24,647 nt of DNA from a virus (taxonomy: Duplodnaviria; Caudoviricetes), in the IMG/VR virus record IMGVR_UViG_3300036888_000002, positions 1 through 24,647 of that record. One strand, 5' to 3'. This document shows, piece by piece, positions 10,717 through 16,571 of the stretch (positions are counted from its first letter, which is position 1; each line of letters starts with the position of its first letter). The translations under genes were made by a program, and so were the position numbers. The notes below the pieces were generated by a model. That model made no database searches and had not been told where the DNA came from. It saw nothing but the letters and a program-made list of their open reading frames with translations.

Positions 10717-11796
10717 TTACCCGATCACTGGCAATCGGAAGCTCTCGAACACTTCAGCAATCCTGTTTGGAATGCCAGGCCATAGATCACCAGAAGCCTG
10801 TTGATTCTGCCCATACTCGGCTGCATTCCCGGTAAATGTCCTTGAGGCTTGGTAAGTATTCCTAAACCAATAAGCCACCAAGTCAATAGTAGCCACCCAC
10901 ACATTAGGCGGTATAGGATCATAACCAGCTATGTATGTTACCTCAATGTTCCTTGAGCCAGGAAAGAATGGTCGAGGCCATGAGTACCCTGCGAAAGTAC
11001 GCATAAGCTGACCTGTCCGGTAGTTCACCTGAACACCATCAACTGGGTTCTCAGGAGTAGATTCTGGCAGTTGCACAAAACCACCCGTACTCATCCACTC
11101 TTGACACTTTACTATCTTGATGATAGGTGAGTAGTCAAGTTGAATGTACTCACCAGACCAACCACTATACCGGTTAAACATCTCAGTAGGACAGAGCGGT
11201 CTATTAGCCATGTCCTGTCCGGTCCAGCAAGCAGCATCTATAATGCGCTGCAACAGTCCAGAGATTTCCGTACCAGGTGTAGCAATACCACTCGTAAACT
11301 GCAACCAACTTAGAACCTCTGGCATGTCCAAGAATGTCGTCCATTGCACTGACCCTGCGGGGTTTCCTGTGGGGCTAAACCCCATAGGTGTGCCTGGCAT
11401 AAGGGATGATATGTCAACAGTCCGGACAGGATTTCCAGACGAATCAAGAGCTGGTATCTGGATAGAATAGTCTCTTTGCTGCCCCTGCGACAAAGAACTG
11501 ATTGAACCTCCCGAAGCTCCCAAAGCTCCCGAAGCACCGACAGTACCTACCGTTCCATACAGTTCTTCAGTGACCTGATAGAACGTACCCTGAGGAACGG
11601 TCGTGCCATCCGTGTTAGCAAGGAATGTCTCTGAAAATGCACCATTACTATCTAAGACAATAACCTTAGAGTTAGGGATCACAGTCAAGTCCGTATTAGA
11701 CATAACTTGACTCAGGGTAATCGTAATAGTTCCTGCCATAGGATTAAGGCCGTCAGTGTACTTACCTGTCAGCACTACACTAGTAAATCCAGCCAT
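10717..11796 (-). CDS. Head-tail adaptor (HK97 gp6/SPP1 gp15-like) fused to an N-terminal beta-sandwich domain
   Basis: C-terminal ~205 aa: FLDMPEVLSWL...LQRIIDAA...IEVTYIAGY..IP..V..A..DLVAYWF. The N-terminal ~135 aa is an additional beta-strand-rich domain. Confidence 0.75.
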   Translation of the reverse strand: MAGFTSVVLTGKYTDGLNPMAGTITITLSQVMSNTDLTVIPNSKVIVLDSNGAFSETFLANTDGTTVPQGTFYQVTEELYGTVGTVGASGALGASGGSISSLSQGQQRDYSIQIPALDSSGNPVRTVDISSLMPGTPMGFSPTGNPAGSVQWTTFLDMPEVLSWLQFTSGIATPGTEISGLLQRIIDAACWTGQDMANRPLCPTEMFNRYSGWSGEYIQLDYSPIIKIVKCQEWMSTGGFVQLPESTPENPVDGVQVNYRTGQLMRTFAGYSWPRPFFPGSRNIEVTYIAGYDPIPPNVWVATIDLVAYWFRNTYQASRTFTGNAAEYGQNQQASGDLWPGIPNRIAEVFESFRLPVIG

Positions 11797-12129
11797 TTAA
11801 TCCTCGGGATCAGTGCTCGTTACTGCCTTCTGTTTTCCTCTATGGGCCGTAACTGCACGCTCAATAAGTCCAACATGCTTGCCTTCAGCCCTATCAATCT
11901 CGGCCTGAATCTCGTCCACCTTTTCAGGATGACGCTCTAGCTCTTTCCTCAGACCAGCAAGATATGCTTCTTGACGGTTCACTACGGTAACTCCTGTGTT
12001 CTGATTGAGAATAACCTTAGGTTTTGGGAGTAACTTCACTCGCTCAATCTCCACGTCAATCTCTGCGGCACGTTCTGGATGACGCCTTTTCTCTGTCTCC
12101 AATGCGCCAATGATGTTATCGGGATTCAT
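11797..12129 (-). CDS. Hypothetical 110-aa charged helical protein with an internal two-fold repeat
   Basis: SD AAAGGA 6 nt before ATG 12129; repeats LETEKRRHPERAAEIDVEIER and LRKELERHPEKVDEIQAEIDR. Confidence 0.7.
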   Translation of the reverse strand: MNPDNIIGALETEKRRHPERAAEIDVEIERVKLLPKPKVILNQNTGVTVVNRQEAYLAGLRKELERHPEKVDEIQAEIDRAEGKHVGLIERAVTAHRGKQKAVTSTDPED

Positions 12130-12153
12130 TAGATGTCCTTTGTTCGGGCAATG

Positions 12154-12189
12154 GGTGTGGGGATATGTTGCCCGCCATATCCCCACACC
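12154..12189 (-). terminator. Strong stem-loop after the major capsid gene (terminator/attenuator or mRNA stabiliser)
   Basis: Perfect 14-bp inverted repeat ggtgtggggatatg (12154-12167) / catatccccacacc (12176-12189) with an 8-nt loop; no U-tract on the coding strand. Confidence 0.6.
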
Positions 12190-12214
12190 TAAAGCATTTA
12201 CCTAAACTAGCTGA

Positions 12215-13774
12215 TTAGCTAGCAAAGGTTGGGGTAACCAGACCAGAACCCGTAATGACCGAGTTGGCATTCGGGTAACGTCCAGCCGTGTAGGAAATGT
12301 AACCATAGATCTGAAGCAACACAGAAAGCTGGTTACCATAGGTCTGCGGGAGTGCCCTAGTAATCACCGGGGACTCGAAGAGGTAGTTTTCGTCAAACTT
12401 ACCGACGATGATTACACTCTGATTACCATTAAGAGTCTGAGGCAAGTTAGCGTCCTCAAACGTATTGAGGCCGGAAATCCGACGCCCAATAGCACCCTCA
12501 ACTACTTGCTGATCCGTACCAAGAATGGCCACGTTAAACGGACCATTGTAGGACGGAACAACCAGCGGCCGACCGTTAGTGTCAAACTGCGAGGCCAACC
12601 ACTCCCAGTATGTCGGGGTCATGAAGCAGTGTGTTGCAGGCAGGAACAAGGTATTAGCAATGTCTGCCTTAGCCTGTCCTAGCTGACCAAACAGCCCCGT
12701 AATCTTAGGACTAGCCTGAGTCCACGTAATAAGGTTAATGTTAGCGGTATTCAAAATACCCACAACATCTGGCCCGCCCGGACCCATGGGGGTCGGGGGC
12801 GCAATGCCATTACCATTAGCAACAGCCACATCAACGGCCTGTGCATACGCCTTGCCAAGGTCTGTAAAGACCATCTGGTCGAAAGCGATTGGGGACCGCT
12901 CAAGAAGCTGCAATGAAATCAACTGCGAACCGGCCTTAACCACTACCGGAAGACTGATGAACTCTGTCTGAAGGTCAACCTCAAGAACGTTAGTGTTCTC
13001 TCCACCGGCCTGCGGACCAACCGCAGTACCAGCAGTAACCTTAGGGATGTTGATGGTCATGGTGCCGTCAGGAAGTGGCTGGTTATTCTGACAATCAGCC
13101 AGTGCCCTTGCGGCCCTCATAAACGCAATCCAGTCAGCCGTAGCGAACAAGGGCGGGACAAACTCCCCACCTGCGCCGGACGAAATGGACAGCGCACGGT
13201 ACGACCATGCGTGACCTCTATTGTCCTCACGAGTGTTCTTAGCCTCAATCATCTGGCTAAGAAAATAACTCTCTTCAGCACTACGAGTCACCTTTGAGTC
13301 AATAGCAACAGCCTCGACGTGGTTCTCTTGTGCGTGGCGCTGAAGACGATCATGAGCAGCAAAGTAGCGCCCACCAAGACCAGCACCAAAGCCCATGCAG
13401 GCAATGTCATACAAGTACGACTGCCCATTACCACGCTCATACACACGATGCTCAGACGTGACCTTTAGGCTTCCACCTACAGAGTTAAACTCATAAGGCT
13501 GTGGCCCATACCCGTAAGTCTCACGAGCTAGCTTAAGAGCCTCTTGTGCTCTCTCTTCCTTAGCAAGCGTCTTAGCCTGAGCAATACGGTCCTCAAGGCC
13601 CGTAATCTGCGTAGTCAGTTCGCCACGCTTGAAACTCTCTTCAGGCGTAAACTCACGAGCCTGCACCGGCTCAGCCGCAGTGGGATCCCCAGCCGCAGCC
13701 TTAACGATTCCTTCAAGCTCCGTAACCTTTGCATCACGCTCAGCACGAAGCCTCTTTACGTCTTTCTTAGACAT
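12215..13774 (-). CDS. Major capsid protein, HK97 fold, with N-terminal scaffold (delta-like) region
   Basis: SD AGGAGG. Coiled-coil N-terminus, then RALS....GGEFVPP, IPKVT.G, ISLQLLERS, D.NGRPLV and C-terminal IYGY. Confidence 0.93.
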   Translation of the reverse strand: MSKKDVKRLRAERDAKVTELEGIVKAAAGDPTAAEPVQAREFTPEESFKRGELTTQITGLEDRIAQAKTLAKEERAQEALKLARETYGYGPQPYEFNSVGGSLKVTSEHRVYERGNGQSYLYDIACMGFGAGLGGRYFAAHDRLQRHAQENHVEAVAIDSKVTRSAEESYFLSQMIEAKNTREDNRGHAWSYRALSISSGAGGEFVPPLFATADWIAFMRAARALADCQNNQPLPDGTMTINIPKVTAGTAVGPQAGGENTNVLEVDLQTEFISLPVVVKAGSQLISLQLLERSPIAFDQMVFTDLGKAYAQAVDVAVANGNGIAPPTPMGPGGPDVVGILNTANINLITWTQASPKITGLFGQLGQAKADIANTLFLPATHCFMTPTYWEWLASQFDTNGRPLVVPSYNGPFNVAILGTDQQVVEGAIGRRISGLNTFEDANLPQTLNGNQSVIIVGKFDENYLFESPVITRALPQTYGNQLSVLLQIYGYISYTAGRYPNANSVITGSGLVTPTFAS

Positions 13775-13814
13775 AATAGCCTCCTATAGGCTTGTTAGTT
13801 AGTTGTTGTCTAAC

Positions 13815-13870
13815 AAGTGGTTTCCTAAGGTCCGGCTCTCGGGCTAGAGTGGTGCGCTTGGTCCCGGCTT
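13815..13870 (-). promoter_or_regulatory. Two copies of a 24-nt motif RAGCCGG-N10-ACCACTY in the capsid leader
   Basis: Coding strand AAGCCGGGACCAAGCGCACCACTC (13870..13847) and GAGCCGGACCTTAGGAAACCACTT (13838..13815), 32 nt apart. Confidence 0.45.
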
Positions 13871-13875
13871 GATTC

Positions 13876-14238
13876 TTACTGGTCGTCCTTCTTCTTGTTA
13901 TTCCACAAAAGAAGGCAGGCGCATAGACCTTTGCACGCCTTTACGTTAGCAACAGAGTTATCCAGTAACAGTTCTATATCATTCTCTGCAACCTCTTTAG
14001 CCTTATTAACGTCATGGGGTTTAGGCATCACGATTAGTGTCGTGTATGTGCCCTTACCAAAACCAAGACCAGTGAGGTATGCTGTCTTGTTGGCAATGTC
14101 AGTCTTTGTGACAGTGTCCTCTTCGACACCTGTGATGATGTATACGTGGTGCCCCGCCGCCATCAGGGCAGCACAAAGCGACTCGAATACAACAGGAAAG
14201 GCATCTAGAGTACCGTCAATGTCAAAGGCAACATTCAT
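13876..14238 (-). CDS. Small capless HAD-superfamily phosphatase-like protein
   Basis: Motif I FDIDGTLD, motif II YIITG, Lys in NKAK, motif IV-like LLLDNS. Confidence 0.75.
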   Translation of the reverse strand: MNVAFDIDGTLDAFPVVFESLCAALMAAGHHVYIITGVEEDTVTKTDIANKTAYLTGLGFGKGTYTTLIVMPKPHDVNKAKEVAENDIELLLDNSVANVKACKGLCACLLLWNNKKKDDQ

Positions 14239-14241
14239 TGC

Positions 14242-14634
14242 TTAGTGCCCAACAGTGTGCCAAGCACCCAACTTATCAGTGACAAACACAGAACCTTGAC
14301 CACCAGTAAGGGTAGCAAGAGTTGCGCCAGTAGCACCACTAGCACCATCGACAGTAGATCCGTCACTAGTCGAAATAGTAACAGCACCAGTAGCACCACT
14401 ATTCCTGACATTAACCCAAAGATCAGGAAAAGCGGGAGCGCTCGGCAATGACGGTCCAGTAGCTGCCCCAGTGGGGGCTTGGGCCTGTGTGGCTACAACG
14501 GGTAGAGGAACAGAAGGAAGGTGAACAGCAGCCCCAGGAGCCGCAACCACAACATCGCCACTCTTAGCTACATAGACACCGGTCGCACCAACTGTCACGA
14601 TATTTTCTGACTGAGGGATAGGAAACGCTGGCAT
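14242..14634 (-). CDS. Putative capsid decoration/fibre protein
   Basis: Lies between protease and capsid. Pattern VHLP...VNVRN...VTI..SDG.TVDG...FVTD..G.W resembles small beta-sandwich modules of virion fibres. Several GATG/GASG motifs. Confidence 0.45.
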   Translation of the reverse strand: MPAFPIPQSENIVTVGATGVYVAKSGDVVVAAPGAAVHLPSVPLPVVATQAQAPTGAATGPSLPSAPAFPDLWVNVRNSGATGAVTISTSDGSTVDGASGATGATLATLTGGQGSVFVTDKLGAWHTVGH

Positions 14635-14652
14635 ATTATTGCCCTTTCTACT

Positions 14653-16089
14653 CTACTTGGATTTATGGGAACGGAGCTTCAATAGCTCAACTTGGCGCTG
14701 AGCTGTCAAGACCGAAAGCGGTATGCTCCTGGTTCCCGCCCCGTCATTTGGCAATACAGGGTTACCATCACTCAGTTTCCCTGTGTCCAATCCACCCTGA
14801 TTAGTGGACTGGTTTCCAACCGTATCAGCAGGCTCAGTAGTTCCGAGCGTAGTTGATATGGCGGTCCTGCTTTCAGCAATGGCACTACCGACAGTCTTAG
14901 CAGCATTGTCGGCCTGAGCAAGAGATTCTAGAGCACCCTTCAGGAGGGACTCATTGGCGCTAGAGAGAGTTTTACCCGCTCTAAGCTGCTCTATACAGTC
15001 TATCACACGGAAGGTCCTTGCCCTGCTACAGTACCTATATTGCTCTTGCTCTTGCATTCGCTCATCCACAAATCGGATGGCCCTCATAGCTTGCTCTAGA
15101 ACAGGTTCTGACTCTATGACAATCTCTCTAGTTTCAATATAAGCATCAACAGCTTGCCTAACTGACCAAAGTGTAGCAGCACCTTCTCTACCAAGAATAT
15201 CAAGCATATCTGACCTAAGACCCACAGACGTTAGCTTGTTAGCTGGTGACTTAACTACAGACACATCAAATAGCTGTAGTTCATTCACACCACGCTCTGT
15301 ATATTCCTCGTTCCAATCCTCCTTGGTAGCTCGGAATGCGAACGACTCCTTCGAATAATCACCACGCCGTATACCTGACACTAGGTTACGGCTGGATGTA
15401 TTCTCGGCAATGTCAAGCCTAGCCTCATGGCGAAGGCCCTTATTGTCCTCAGCCAGATCCATAGTACGGCTGGGATCTTGGTGCCAGGACGACAACACAT
15501 CCCCACGGTGGTCTACCAACAGCGGCACATAGTCAGACTCCTTCAAAGTCTTGCCAAACGCACCAGGATTGATTGTCTCTCGGTACTCTCCCATCCAGTC
15601 GGTAACGTCATAACCAGTGCCAGTAGTTGAGGGCCAGCCCACCAGTACTGCCTCAGTCAGATTATCAGCCGCTGAGCGAATAGACATTTCCCCAATGATG
15701 GGCTGCTCGACCTCACGTAAGGACCAGTACCTCTTAGGCACTGCGGGGATCTTGTCCGGCTCTGCTGACTTAGTTTCAATCGGCACATACGTAGTAACGG
15801 CCTTCACGGTACTCGCCTTTCCTAGAGTAACGGTGTTCCCATCAACCGAATAGGGGGCTTGCAACTTCTCACCATTCTGACAAAAGACCACCGAGTCGTC
15901 GTCAAAGTCCACGACATAGATCCAGTCATCCTCATCGTCCTTATCATTAAACTTCTCAGACACTGCCGTCCCAAGCATGTCCTGAAGATCACTATATGAC
16001 GTGCCATCCCGAACCTGCTCGGCGTAGGTAGCCCGTAGAGCAACGCTCTGCGCCTCAGCATCTTCACGAGTCAAAACGTTACTGTCCAT
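14653..16089 (-). CDS. HK97-family prohead protease with N- and C-terminal extensions
   Basis: YRETINPGAF.KTL, LLVDH (His), IRRGD...SFAF (Ser), LFDVSVV..PAN. ATG 16089 has SD GAGAGGA. Confidence 0.88.
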   Translation of the reverse strand: MDSNVLTREDAEAQSVALRATYAEQVRDGTSYSDLQDMLGTAVSEKFNDKDDEDDWIYVVDFDDDSVVFCQNGEKLQAPYSVDGNTVTLGKASTVKAVTTYVPIETKSAEPDKIPAVPKRYWSLREVEQPIIGEMSIRSAADNLTEAVLVGWPSTTGTGYDVTDWMGEYRETINPGAFGKTLKESDYVPLLVDHRGDVLSSWHQDPSRTMDLAEDNKGLRHEARLDIAENTSSRNLVSGIRRGDYSKESFAFRATKEDWNEEYTERGVNELQLFDVSVVKSPANKLTSVGLRSDMLDILGREGAATLWSVRQAVDAYIETREIVIESEPVLEQAMRAIRFVDERMQEQEQYRYCSRARTFRVIDCIEQLRAGKTLSSANESLLKGALESLAQADNAAKTVGSAIAESRTAISTTLGTTEPADTVGNQSTNQGGLDTGKLSDGNPVLPNDGAGTRSIPLSVLTAQRQVELLKLRSHKSK

Positions 16090-16330
16090 TGTCAATCCTC
16101 TCTAGGTAAGGCAAATGCCCCTGTGAATCATCAAATGGGATTCCAAGTTTCTTTGCTATCAGGTTCATTTCATCCCCATAGTCAAGGCGTTGAGGCTGCC
16201 CATTCTCAGCCTGAATCCTATTCATCTCAGCCAAGGCTTCAAGAGTCTCGACACTCTCTACGTCGTACGGAGTAGGATCATCCCACCCCAGCACATAGAA
16301 GTCAGCTTGCAACTGCTCGGGCTTAAGCAT
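16079..16330 (-). CDS. Hypothetical 83-aa acidic protein
   Basis: Overlaps both neighbours by 8-11 nt, consistent with translational coupling in the operon. Confidence 0.65.
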   Translation of the reverse strand: MLKPEQLQADFYVLGWDDPTPYDVESVETLEALAEMNRIQAENGQPQRLDYGDEMNLIAKKLGIPFDDSQGHLPYLERIDNGQ

Positions 16331-16535
16331 ACGTATTCTCCTTCAGATACTTTTCAGCCTCAGCCTTTAGGCCGTCCGGCGCAGCATTCCATACGGTGAG
16401 GCTCTGCCAGTGCTGTATCCTTTGTACAGAAGGTTGCCCATAGCACAGTTGATCTAAAGTAGTGACCAGTGTGTGGTCAGGATTGCGGACATCCCAAGAG
16501 TTAAACTTAATCCAATCCTCATTGTCTATATTCAT
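16323..16535 (-). CDS. Hypothetical 70-aa Trp-rich protein
   Basis: SD-like AAGGGG before the ATG; directly downstream of the ART-containing gene. Confidence 0.65.
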   Translation of the reverse strand: MNIDNEDWIKFNSWDVRNPDHTLVTTLDQLCYGQPSVQRIQHWQSLTVWNAAPDGLKAEAEKYLKENTYA

Positions 16536-16571
16536 TAGTACCCCTTCAGACCTTTACCAACACCTATTGCA

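Noticed and set aside
12130-12186. Longer starts given by the ORF track (12186, also 10266, 7743, 4726, 3527, 16095)
   Set aside because: Downstream ATGs have better RBS or stop-start coupling; the 12186 extension runs through the post-capsid hairpin.
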